Source: Thermoleophilia bacterium (GTDB taxonomy: Bacteria > Actinomycetota > Thermoleophilia > UBA2241). From it: a stretch of 41,682 nucleotides of DNA. The stretch spans positions 1-41,682 of the forward strand of contig DATIYD010000239.1 in assembly GCA_035517975.1 (NCBI GenBank). The letters are read 5' to 3'. Positions 33,064-41,037 of this stretch are shown here, in pieces; within the stretch, counting starts at the first letter, position 1, and the number at the start of each line of letters is the position of its first letter. Position numbers and translations under genes: made by a program. The notes beneath the pieces are model-generated. The model saw only the letters and a list, made by a program, of their open reading frames with translations, was not told the origin of the DNA and did not search any database.

Positions 33064-33550
33064 TGGGGTGGTTCTCGATCGTGTCGACGTAGTCCTTGCG
33101 CAGGGGGTGTCCGACCCAGTCGTCGGGCAGCAGGATGCGGCGCGGGTCGGGATGCCCCTCGAAGCGGATGCCCATCATGTCGTACGCCTCGCGCTCGTGC
33201 CAGTCGGCCGCCGGCCACACATCGGACACCGTGTCGACGACCGGCTTGGCGCGCAGCACCGAGACGTGCAGCTCGAGGTAGGTGTTCGAGGCAAAGGAGT
33301 AGAGGTGGTAGACCGTCTCGAAGCTGTCTCCGAGATCGACGGCGGCGATGAAGTTGCACGACTCGTAGGCCAGGTCTTCGAGCGCACGCAGCCGCAGGGC
33401 GACGTCGTGCAGCCGGCTGCGATCGACCACCGCGACCACCGTGTCGGGCTCCTGGACGCGAGGATCGGTGAGGTCGGCCGCGAAGGCCGCGGCCAGTCGC
33501 GCGGCGACGTCGTCGATCGACAGGCCGGCCGAACCGATGGCGGGCAGCAC
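33056..33550 (-). CDS. nuoC: NADH-quinone oxidoreductase subunit C
   Basis: About 164 aa from GTG 33548-33550, 2 nt after the nuoB stop. Contains ...VYHLYSF...VSDVWPAADWHEREAYDMMGIRFEGHPDPRRILLPDDWVGHPLRKDY. Confidence 0.85.
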   Translation of the reverse strand: MLPAIGSAGLSIDDVAARLAAAFAADLTDPRVQEPDTVVAVVDRSRLHDVALRLRALEDLAYESCNFIAAVDLGDSFETVYHLYSFASNTYLELHVSVLRAKPVVDTVSDVWPAADWHEREAYDMMGIRFEGHPDPRRILLPDDWVGHPLRKDYVDTIENHPNV

Positions 33551-33552
33551 GG

Positions 33553-34323
33553 CTACTCCCTCGCCTTCTCGAGATCGTCGCCCGCACCCGTGAGGGCCGC
33601 GGCCGGGCCGGCCGCCGCGACCGGTGCCTCGTCGGACGCGGCCTCGTCGGACGGCGCCGTGTCGGGCGAGGCCTCGCCGGGCGCGGCCTCGCCGGGCGGC
33701 GCGACCGGCAGGTCGGCCGCCGACAGGTCGGCCGCCGACTGCTGCGCCGCCGCCCGGGCACTCGCCGCCGCGGCGGCGTCGTCGGCCGGCAGGGGCGGCA
33801 CGATACGCATGGCCTGGATCTTCTTCTGCAGCTCGAGCAGGCCCTGGAACAGGGCCTCGGGGCGGGGCGGACAGCCGGGGATGTAGACGTCGACCGGCAC
33901 GATCTTGTCGACGCCGTTCACCACGTTGTAGCCGTCGTAGAAGGGTCCGCCGCTCGTGGCGCAGGCGCCCATGGCGATGACCCACTTGGGCTCGGACATC
34001 TGCTCGTAGAGACGCTTGAGGACCGGCGCCATCTTCTCGTTGACGGTGCCGGCCACGATCATGAGGTCGCACTGCCGGGGCGTCGGCCGGAAGACCTCCA
34101 TGCCGTAGCGCGCGACGTCGAAGCGGGCGAAGCCCGAGCTCAGCATCTCGATCGCGCAGCAGGCGAGGCCGTAGGTGAAGGGGAACACCGAGTGCGAGCG
34201 CGCCCAGCTGAAGATGAAGTCGACCGTGGTGGTGACCACGTTCGGCCGCTCGAACTGGCTGATGTTCGGGTAGTGGATACGGTCGGCGAGGGGGCCCAGG
34301 CCGACGCCGTCGATCAGACCCAC
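33553..34323 (-). CDS. nuoB: NADH-quinone oxidoreductase subunit B with an about 85-aa low-complexity C-terminal extension
   Basis: The core contains [12 protein letters not shown]...[15 protein letters not shown]...[16 protein letters not shown]...[15 protein letters not shown]. An Ala/Pro/Asp/Ser-rich tail follows. The GTG at 34321-34323 is inferred and overlaps the nuoA end by 10 nt. Confidence 0.85.
   Translation of the reverse strand: MGLIDGVGLGPLADRIHYPNISQFERPNVVTTTVDFIFSWARSHSVFPFTYGLACCAIEMLSSGFARFDVARYGMEVFRPTPRQCDLMIVAGTVNEKMAPVLKRLYEQMSEPKWVIAMGACATSGGPFYDGYNVVNGVDKIVPVDVYIPGCPPRPEALFQGLLELQKKIQAMRIVPPLPADDAAAAASARAAAQQSAADLSAADLPVAPPGEAAPGEASPDTAPSDEAASDEAPVAAAGPAAALTGAGDDLEKARE
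33626..33739. repeat. Three adjacent 15-nt tandem duplications inside the nuoB tail
   Basis: gcctcgtcggacg appears twice (33626-33655), gcctcgccgggcg twice (33671-33700), and aggtcggccgccgac twice in perfect copies (33710-33739). They encode duplicated pentapeptides ([10 protein letters not shown] and similar). Confidence 0.8.
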
Positions 34324-34682
34324 TCGAGCGCCCCCTTGCGCCAGGCGTAGAGCAGGCCGACGGCGAGGACGGCGATGAAGACGAGCGCCTCGACGAAACC
34401 CGACGTGCCCAGACGCCGGAACGTGAGCGCCCACGGGAACAGGAAGATCGCTTCGACGTCGAAGACCAGGAACAGCAGCGCGAAGATGTGGTAGCGCACG
34501 GCGAAGGGGTGCCAGGAGTCGCCCACGGGCTCGATGCCGCACTCGTACGTGGAGTATTTCTCGGCCGACGGGTGGATCGGGTAGACGAGCCGCGACATGA
34601 GCAGGATGCCCACGACCATCGCCGCGCCGGCGGCGATGAACACGGCGACGTAGATCCAGTTGGTGAGGAATGCGGTCGTCAT
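34314..34682 (-). CDS. nuoA: NADH-quinone oxidoreductase subunit A
   Basis: 122 aa with three TM helices. Contains [16 protein letters not shown]...[23 protein letters not shown]. Confidence 0.92.
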   Translation of the reverse strand: MTTAFLTNWIYVAVFIAAGAAMVVGILLMSRLVYPIHPSAEKYSTYECGIEPVGDSWHPFAVRYHIFALLFLVFDVEAIFLFPWALTFRRLGTSGFVEALVFIAVLAVGLLYAWRKGALEWV

Positions 34683-34741
34683 ACTCCGGCGGCGCTGTTC
34701 GTGGGACAGGAAGGCCCGCTTGCGACCCCGTTCACGAATCG

Positions 34742-34771
34742 ACTATAGCAAAGCGTCTCGAAGCCACGCAA
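34742..34771 (-). promoter_or_regulatory. Candidate sigma-70-type promoter for the nuo operon
   Basis: Minus strand reads TTGCGT, 18 nt, TATAGT. The -10 element lies about 60 nt upstream of the nuoA ATG, in the least GC-rich part of the intergenic region. Confidence 0.4.
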
Positions 34772-34912
34772 GCTCGCGAGGGAGCGCCCGAGCGATCGAC
34801 GGTCTACCGTGATTTGCAGGAATTTAGTACGAGCGGCGGCCACCCTGTCCACAGGCCGCCGACCACATTGGACAAGCGGCGGACGCCGGCCGCCCGCCAC
34901 TCACTGCCGCGA

Positions 34913-34941
34913 TTGACGCTCCCGGGTCGGGTGCGTACTCT
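34913..34941 (+). promoter_or_regulatory. Candidate sigma-70-type promoter for tatA-tatC
   Basis: TTGACG, 17 nt, TACTCT, about 50 nt upstream of the tatA GTG. Confidence 0.45.
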
Positions 34942-34991
34942 GTGAGAAGTCCACACGGCTCTCCGCAAACCCACCGAGGCAGGTCGCAGAA

Positions 34992-35555
34992 GTGCCCAAC
35001 ATCGGACTCCCCGAGCTCATCATCGTCCTCGTCATCGCCCTCGTGGTCTTCGGTCCGAAGCGGCTGCCCCAGATGGGCAGGCAGCTCGGCCAGGCTCTGC
35101 GTGAGTTCAAGTCGGCGACCGCCGAGGTCCGCGCGCAGGTCGGCGTCGACGAGATCGCCGACTCGGTCAACGACATCAAGTCGAGCTTCAGCCTGGCCGG
35201 CCCCGACGCGGCCTCGACGGCCGTCGAGGCCGGCGCTCCCTCGGCGCCCGAGGCCGCGACGGCGTCCACCGACGAGCCGGCCGCCACGGCCGAGCCCGGC
35301 GACGTGACGGCCGGCACGGCCGAGCCCGGCGATGTGACGGCCGGCGACGCGACGGCGCCGTCCGGGCCCGACCCGTCCGAGCCGATGGCCGCACCGACGG
35401 CCCCGGAGCCGGTCTCGGCACCGGCGTCGCCGGCGTCGCCGGCGGTCGCCGATCTGCCACCCGAGGTCACCGGCCCGGCCGGTGACGGCGGCATCGAACG
35501 CTTCGGCAAGCTCAAGCGCGGCTCGGCCTCGGCGGCTCGCCCCAGCGCCGACTAA
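34992..35555 (+). CDS. tatA: Twin-arginine translocase subunit TatA/E with a long low-complexity tail
   Basis: [42 protein letters not shown] is the canonical TatA TM plus amphipathic helix. An Ala/Pro/Glu/Thr-rich tail of about 130 aa follows. Confidence 0.9.
   Translation: MPNIGLPELIIVLVIALVVFGPKRLPQMGRQLGQALREFKSATAEVRAQVGVDEIADSVNDIKSSFSLAGPDAASTAVEAGAPSAPEAATASTDEPAATAEPGDVTAGTAEPGDVTAGDATAPSGPDPSEPMAAPTAPEPVSAPASPASPAVADLPPEVTGPAGDGGIERFGKLKRGSASAARPSAD
35286..35345. repeat. 30-nt tandem duplication inside the tatA tail
   Basis: acggccgagcccggcgaCgtgacggccggc and acggccgagcccggcgaTgtgacggccggc match at 29/30 positions. They encode [10 protein letters not shown] twice. Confidence 0.85.
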
Positions 35556-35563
35556 GGGCCCGC

Positions 35564-36349
35564 GTGGTCGGCTTCGAGGAACGGGTCACCCTCGTCGAAC
35601 ATCTCGACGAGCTGCGCCGCCGCATCGTCATCGCGGTGATCGCGCTGGCCGTCGGGGTGATCGTCGCGGCGGTGTGCAACAACCTCGTCTTCGCCGTGCT
35701 GCAGCACCCGATCATGATCCTGCCGGGGGTGCCCCACCAGATCACGACCTTCAGCCCGGCCGAACCCTTCATGGTGAGCCTCAAGGTCTGGGCGTACTGC
35801 GGCATCGTGCTTGCCTCGCCCATCGTGATCTACGAGTTCTGGGCGTTCATCGGCCCCGCCTTCAGCCCCGTCAGCCGCCGCACCCTCGTCCTCGTCGCCG
35901 CTACCTGCGCGGCGCTCTTCCTGTTCGGCGTCGCCTTCGGCTATCTCATCGTGCTGCCCAAGGGCCTCTCCTGGCTGCTCGGCTTCAACGGCCAGTACTT
36001 CAACACGCAGCTGCGCGCGTCCGAGTACTTCTCGTTCGTGGCCTGGTTCCTGGTCGCCTTCGGGGCGGTGTTCGAGATGCCGGTCATCATCATCGCGGCG
36101 GTGCGCATGGGCATCGTCGAGACCAGGTTCCTGCGCAAGCACTGGCGCTACGCGATCGTGATCAACGCCGTCATCGCCATGGTCGCGACGCCCAGCCAGG
36201 ACGCCTTCTCGTTCATCGCCATGTTCATCCCGCTCGAGATCCTCTACGAGGCGTCACTGGTCGTGGCCAAGGTCGTCGAGAAGCGCCGGGCGGTCGAAAA
36301 GGCACAGGCCGCAAGCGACGAGCAGGGGTCGACGACCGCCCCGGCCTGA
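35564..36349 (+). CDS. tatC: Twin-arginine translocase subunit TatC
   Basis: 261 aa. Contains LVEHLDELRRRIVIAVIALAVG..., six TM segments, and FEMPVIIIAAVRMGIV. Confidence 0.9.
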   Translation: MVGFEERVTLVEHLDELRRRIVIAVIALAVGVIVAAVCNNLVFAVLQHPIMILPGVPHQITTFSPAEPFMVSLKVWAYCGIVLASPIVIYEFWAFIGPAFSPVSRRTLVLVAATCAALFLFGVAFGYLIVLPKGLSWLLGFNGQYFNTQLRASEYFSFVAWFLVAFGAVFEMPVIIIAAVRMGIVETRFLRKHWRYAIVINAVIAMVATPSQDAFSFIAMFIPLEILYEASLVVAKVVEKRRAVEKAQAASDEQGSTTAPA

Positions 36350-36454
36350 AGCGCCGCGGACCGGCCCGCGAGTCGCCCGCGGCGGACCGGTCCGGCTTCA
36401 TCGCTTCCGGGCCCGCCCGACGGGTCGCGGCGGGCACCGACCGCGCACGGCGAC

Positions 36455-36483
36455 GAGACGCAGGGCAGATGAGCCGCTACAAT
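36455..36483 (+). promoter_or_regulatory. Candidate promoter giving a near-leaderless PBP transcript
   Basis: TACAAT at 36478-36483 lies 11 nt before the GTG at 36495. The -35 element is weak (gagacg). Confidence 0.3.
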
Positions 36484-36494
36484 AGGTCCATCCT

Positions 36495-38576
36495 GTGAAG
36501 GACATCGCAGACACCCCCCCGACCAAACGGAGCCGCCAGCGCCGCGCGGCGCGTCGCCCGCGCATGCGCTGGGGACGCCTCGCCGTCTGCGTCGTGATCT
36601 TTGCCGTGATCGCCGTCGTGGGCCTCGCCAGCGGCACCATCGTGGCGATCTCCCACAACCTGCCGAACATCGACGCGATGAAGCGCCAGCGGCTCGGCCA
36701 GGACACGGTGATCTACGATCGCAACGGCCACCGCATCGCCGAGCTCTACGGCGCCGTGAACCGCATGGTGGTGCCCAGCCAGGCTATCCCTGAGGTCATG
36801 AAGAACGCGACCGTGGCCATCGAGGACCGGCGCTTCTACCAGCATCACGGCGTCGATTTCACCGGCATCGCCCGCGCCCTGGTCGACGACGTCACGGCCG
36901 GCCACATCGTCTCGGGCGCCAGCACCATCACCGAGCAGTACGTCAAGAACGCCTACCTGGGCGACGACGTCACCGTGCAGCGCAAGGTGCGCGAGGCGGT
37001 GCTCGCCTGGGAGCTCGAGGACCGCTGGTCCAAGGACAAGATCCTGACCGAGTACCTGAACACGGTCTACTACGGCGCCGGCGCCTACGGCGTGGAGGCG
37101 GCCTCGCTCACCTACTTCCACAAGCCGGTCGGCCAGGTGACCCTCGCCCAGGCGGCGCTGCTCGCCGCCCTGCCGAAGTTCCCCAGCGAGTACTCGCCGA
37201 TCACCGACCCGGGCGTGATCAGGCAGCGCCGCAACCTGGTGCTCGACGACATGCTCACGCAGGGGTACATCTCGCCCGCCCAGGCGGCCAAGGCCGAGGC
37301 CAGCAAGATCAGGGTCTACTCGCGGCCACTCGCGACCACCAGCACGCCGGCCGCCTACTTCGTCGACTACGTCACCCGGCTGCTCGTCAACCGCTACGGC
37401 GCGGCCGAGACCTACGAGGGCGGGCTGAAGGTCTACACCACCATCGACATGCGCATGCAGCGCGCCGCGATCGCCGCCCTCAAGGCCAAGCTGCCGTCCG
37501 GCGGCTACGCCGGCGCTCTCGCCGCGGTCGACCCCACCAACGGCTTCGTGCGCGCCATGGCGTCGAGCACCGACTACAAGACCTACAAGTGGAACCTCAC
37601 CTGGCAGGCCATGCGCCAGCCCGGCTCGACCATGAAGCCGTTCGCCCTGCTCGCCGCGGTCGAGCAGGGCGCCAACCCGGCGTCGACGTTCTACAACTCG
37701 CACCCGCTCGACATCCCCATGCCCGGCGCGGCTCCCTGGATCGTGAACACGGCCGAGAAGTCGGCCGGCGGGCGCATGAACCTCGTCCAGGCCACCCTCG
37801 CCTCCGACAACACCGTCTTCGCCCAGCTCTGCCTCGACGTCGGCCCCGACCAGGTGATGCACGTCGCGAAGGCGATGGGCATCACCACGTCGCTCGAGCC
37901 CGTCCCCTCGATCGTGCTCGGCAGCGAAGCGGTCAACGCGCTCGAGATGGCAAGCGCCTACGCCACCTTCGCCGCCGAGGGTGTGCGTCACGCGCCGCAG
38001 GCGGTCGCCAAGGTCGTGTTCCCGAACGGCAAGGTGCGCAAGGCGCGCGTGCGCGGGGTGCGCGTGGCGCCGGCCGGCGCCTGCTACGTCGTCGACAAGA
38101 TCCTCGAACAGAACACGAGCTACGCCGGCGGCACGGCCGCCTCGATGCCCAACTACTACACCGGCCGCTCGGCCGGCAAGACCGGCACGACCGACAACTA
38201 CGAGGACGCCTGGTTCTGTGGGTTCAACCCGAGGCTGGCCACGGCCGTCTGGATGGGCTACCCGCAAGGCGAGATCGCCATGCCGGGCGTGTTCGGCGCC
38301 ACCTACTCGCTGCCGATCTGGGGCACCTTCTACAGCTCGGTGTTCGGCTCGACGTACATCCCCGACTTCGCCTCACCGGTCATCATGCCGCTCTGGAAGC
38401 CGTGGGAGGGCAAGTACTCGAAGATGGCGCCGTCGCCGTCACCGTCGCCGTCGCCCTCGACGTCGGCCAAGAGCACCGGCAAGCCGCAGCCCAAGCCGAC
38501 GGTGACGATCACGGCCAAACCGCCGACCACACCGCCGCCCACCTCGCCGCCGGCCTCGCCCAAGCCCGCGACGTAG
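36495..38576 (+). CDS. Class A penicillin-binding protein (GT51 transglycosylase + transpeptidase)
   Basis: 693 aa with an N-terminal TM anchor. GT51 motifs are EDRRFYQHHGVD and GASTITEQY. Transpeptidase motifs are GSTMKPF (SxxK), ASDN (SxN) and KTGTT. The C-terminal tail is Pro/Ser/Thr-rich. Confidence 0.92.
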   Translation: MKDIADTPPTKRSRQRRAARRPRMRWGRLAVCVVIFAVIAVVGLASGTIVAISHNLPNIDAMKRQRLGQDTVIYDRNGHRIAELYGAVNRMVVPSQAIPEVMKNATVAIEDRRFYQHHGVDFTGIARALVDDVTAGHIVSGASTITEQYVKNAYLGDDVTVQRKVREAVLAWELEDRWSKDKILTEYLNTVYYGAGAYGVEAASLTYFHKPVGQVTLAQAALLAALPKFPSEYSPITDPGVIRQRRNLVLDDMLTQGYISPAQAAKAEASKIRVYSRPLATTSTPAAYFVDYVTRLLVNRYGAAETYEGGLKVYTTIDMRMQRAAIAALKAKLPSGGYAGALAAVDPTNGFVRAMASSTDYKTYKWNLTWQAMRQPGSTMKPFALLAAVEQGANPASTFYNSHPLDIPMPGAAPWIVNTAEKSAGGRMNLVQATLASDNTVFAQLCLDVGPDQVMHVAKAMGITTSLEPVPSIVLGSEAVNALEMASAYATFAAEGVRHAPQAVAKVVFPNGKVRKARVRGVRVAPAGACYVVDKILEQNTSYAGGTAASMPNYYTGRSAGKTGTTDNYEDAWFCGFNPRLATAVWMGYPQGEIAMPGVFGATYSLPIWGTFYSSVFGSTYIPDFASPVIMPLWKPWEGKYSKMAPSPSPSPSPSTSAKSTGKPQPKPTVTITAKPPTTPPPTSPPASPKPAT

Positions 38577-38649
38577 GCCGGGCAGCAGGGCCTCACCAGC
38601 TCTCGTCGAACCTGCGCGCCCCGGTCAGCTCGACGCGCAGCCCGCGACG

Positions 38650-38683
38650 GGCCAGGCGACGGTGAGGGTCCGTCCCCCTGGCC
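38650..38683. terminator. Candidate hairpin between the convergent PBP and paaK genes
   Basis: ggccagg-c-gacgg / tgagggt loop / ccgtc-cc-cctggcc gives 12 bp with small bulges. It ends 2 nt before the paaK stop. There is no U-tract. Confidence 0.3.
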
Positions 38684-38684
38684 T

Positions 38685-40037
38685 TCAGGACTGCTTGGGG
38701 CGCTTGTCGATGACGCGCACGGCCTTGCCCTCGCTGCGGGCGATCGTGCGGGGCTCCTTGAGCTTCACCTTGACCTGGATGTTGAGCACGCTGTAGAGGC
38801 GCTGCTGCACCCCGCGCTCGAAGGTCTCGAGCTGGCCCATGGTCTCGCCGAAGACGTCCTCGCCGACCTCGATCCAGACCTCGACCATGTCGAGGTGACC
38901 CTTGCGGTCGACCACGATCTGGTAGTGGGGCTCGATCTGCGGGATCGTCATGAGCACTTCTTCGATCTGGCTCGGGAAGACGTTGACACCGCGGATGATG
39001 AGCATGTCGTCGCTGCGCCCGACCGGCTTGGTCATGCGGGCCATGGTGCGGCCGCACTCGCAGGGCTCGTAGATCAGGCTGCAGAGGTCGCGGGTGCGGT
39101 AGCGGATGAGCGGCTGGGCGACGCGGCTGAGCGTCGTCACGACGAGCTCGCCGACCGTGCCCTCGGGCGCCTGCTCGAGCGTGTGCGGATCGACGATCTC
39201 GACCAGGTAATGGTCTTCGTTCACGTGCATGCCGGCCTTGCAGCGGCACTCGAAGGCCACGCCCGGACCGCCCATCTCGGACAGGCCGTAGATGTCGAGG
39301 GCGTCGATGCCGAGGCCCTCCTCGATCTGACGGCGCATCTCGTTGCTCCAGGGCTCGGCGCCGTGGTAGCCCACCCGGATCGGCAGATCGTCGGGTCGCA
39401 GGCCGCGGTCGCGCGCGGCCTCGGCCAGGTAGAGCGCATACGACGGCGTGCACGACAGGGCGGTGACGCCGAAGTCACGCATGAGCTTGAGCTGGCGGTC
39501 GGTGTTGCCGCCCGAGATCGGCAGGATGGTGGCGCCCAGCCGCTCGCAGCCGTAGTGCAGTCCGAGCCCGCCGGTGAAGAGGCCGTAGCCGTAGGCGTTC
39601 TGGAGCATGTCGCCGGGCTTCATGCCGCCCGCCGCCAGGGTGCGCGCGATCAGGTCGGCCCAGAGCGACACGTCGGCCGCGGTGTAACCCACCGTCGTGG
39701 GGTTGCCGGTCGTGCCCGACGAGGCATGCACGCGCACGAGCTCCTCGCGGGGCGCGGCGAACATGCCGAACGGATAGTGGTCGCGCAGGTCGATCTTGGT
39801 GGTGAAGGGCAGGTCGCAGGCATCGCCGTGGCAGGTGAGGTCGTCGGGCGCAAGACCGGCCTCGTCGAGCGCGCGCCGGTAGAAGGGCACCTTGGCAACG
39901 GCGCTGCGCACCGTCGCCCGCAGGCGCTCCATCTGGGTGTCGCGCAGCTCCTCGACCGTCATGGTCTCCGCGGCCTGCTGCCAGAAGTTGCCGCCGGCCC
40001 GGTCGGGCGTGATCGCGCTCACGGTGGCGGCGCTCAT
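38685..40037 (-). CDS. paaK: Phenylacetate-CoA ligase family protein
   Basis: 450 aa with the PaaK-type adenylate-forming layout. Contains VHASSGTTGNPT (P-loop-like), YGLSEMGGPGVA, and a C-terminal ...RSEGKAVRVIDKR. ATGA overlap with the upstream ACT gene. Confidence 0.85.
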   Translation of the reverse strand: MSAATVSAITPDRAGGNFWQQAAETMTVEELRDTQMERLRATVRSAVAKVPFYRRALDEAGLAPDDLTCHGDACDLPFTTKIDLRDHYPFGMFAAPREELVRVHASSGTTGNPTTVGYTAADVSLWADLIARTLAAGGMKPGDMLQNAYGYGLFTGGLGLHYGCERLGATILPISGGNTDRQLKLMRDFGVTALSCTPSYALYLAEAARDRGLRPDDLPIRVGYHGAEPWSNEMRRQIEEGLGIDALDIYGLSEMGGPGVAFECRCKAGMHVNEDHYLVEIVDPHTLEQAPEGTVGELVVTTLSRVAQPLIRYRTRDLCSLIYEPCECGRTMARMTKPVGRSDDMLIIRGVNVFPSQIEEVLMTIPQIEPHYQIVVDRKGHLDMVEVWIEVGEDVFGETMGQLETFERGVQQRLYSVLNIQVKVKLKEPRTIARSEGKAVRVIDKRPKQS

Positions 40038-40447
40038 AGCGTCTTCACCTGCTCGTCGGAGAGCAGCGTGACCTTGCCCTCGAGCAGCTCGACGGCGCGG
40101 TCGACGTCGTGCACCGCGAAGCAGACGTTGTTGAACGAGATGCTGTAGAGGTAGTCGACCGAGATCTTCTGCTCGGCGAGGGCGTCGAGCACGCGGGCCA
40201 GGCCGCCGGGCTCGTCGGGCACGGCCACACAGACGACCTGCGAGAGGTGGGTCGTAAAACCGGCCTCGTGCAGGATCTCGCGCGCGGCCAGCGGGTCGGG
40301 CACGATCAGGCGCACGATGCCGTACTCGGCTGCCTCGGTGGTGGAGAAGCCGCGGATGTTGACGCCGCGCCGGCCGAGGACGTCGGCGATCTCGGCCAGG
40401 CGGCCGCTGCGGTTCTCCAGGAAGACCGTCACTTGAGTGACCTTCAC
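40034..40447 (-). CDS. ACT domain-containing protein
   Basis: 137 aa from GTG 40445-40447, with GTGA overlap with the iorB stop. It has two ACT-like repeats: VTVFLENRSGRLAEIADVLGRRGVNIRG and VCVAVPDEPGGLARVLDALAEQKISV. Confidence 0.75.
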   Translation of the reverse strand: MKVTQVTVFLENRSGRLAEIADVLGRRGVNIRGFSTTEAAEYGIVRLIVPDPLAAREILHEAGFTTHLSQVVCVAVPDEPGGLARVLDALAEQKISVDYLYSISFNNVCFAVHDVDRAVELLEGKVTLLSDEQVKTL

Positions 40448-41037
40448 AGCCCCTCCTCCGTGGGTGCGGCCGCGTCGCGGCCGAGGGCGAAGGCCCGCCG
40501 GTTCAGCTCGAGGATCTTGGGCGGGACCGTCTGTTCGAGGGCGAGATCCCAGGCGCCCGAGCCGAACGGCAGGGCGTGGGTCGCCGCGCCCAGCAGGGCG
40601 ACGTTGGCGGCGCGCACCGAGCCGGCCTCGATGGCCAGGGCCTCGGCGTCGACCGCGATGAGCTGGATCAGGCGCGCCCTGGCTGCGTCGGCCAGGTCGG
40701 TGGGATAGGCGCGCTCGCCGCGCAGCACGCTGCCGGGGGCGATCTCGGTCGTGGCGTAGACCAGCGTCCCCTTGTCGGCCAGCAGGGCCAGGGCGCGGCG
40801 CCCCTCGAGCGTCTCGGTGGCGATCACGAGATCGGCGCGCGGGGAGACCGGCGACCACACCTGTCTGCCGTAGCGCACGGTCGAGACCACGCTGCCGCCG
40901 CGCTGGGCCATGCCTTTGACCTCGCTCGCCTTGACGTCGAAGCCGGCTGCCATGGCGGCCTGGGCCACGATCGCGGCCGCCAGGATGATGCCCTGGCCGC
41001 CCACGCCGGCCAGCGAGACGGTGGTCGTGCCGTTCAC
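40444..41037 (-). CDS. iorB: Indolepyruvate:ferredoxin oxidoreductase beta subunit
   Basis: 197 aa from GTG 41035-41037, with GTGA overlap with the iorA stop. VSLAGVGGQGIILAAAIVAQAAMAAGFDVKASEVKGMAQRGGSV is the POR-gamma-like fold typical of IorB. Confidence 0.8.
   Translation of the reverse strand: MNGTTTVSLAGVGGQGIILAAAIVAQAAMAAGFDVKASEVKGMAQRGGSVVSTVRYGRQVWSPVSPRADLVIATETLEGRRALALLADKGTLVYATTEIAPGSVLRGERAYPTDLADAARARLIQLIAVDAEALAIEAGSVRAANVALLGAATHALPFGSGAWDLALEQTVPPKILELNRRAFALGRDAAAPTEEGL

Noticed and set aside
33600-33760. Short tandem repeats that could be mistaken for a CRISPR or minisatellite locus (also 35286..35345)
   Set aside because: Units are 15-30 nt, directly adjacent with no spacers, and lie in frame inside the nuoB and tatA coding tails. 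They are coding low-complexity expansions, not CRISPR arrays.
34683-34991. Possible tRNA or small RNA gene in the nuoA-tatA intergenic region (gttcacgaatc resembles a T-loop)
   Set aside because: No acceptor, D or anticodon stems can be drawn around it, and the T-loop-like string carries an insertion. The region is better explained by divergent promoters.
36477-38267. 596-aa minus-strand ORF opposite the PBP gene (also 16414..18114, 9569..10780, 12543..13751, 14018..15055, 38895..40148)
   Set aside because: Each is antisense to a gene with clear family motifs and has a shadow-frame composition. None was called.
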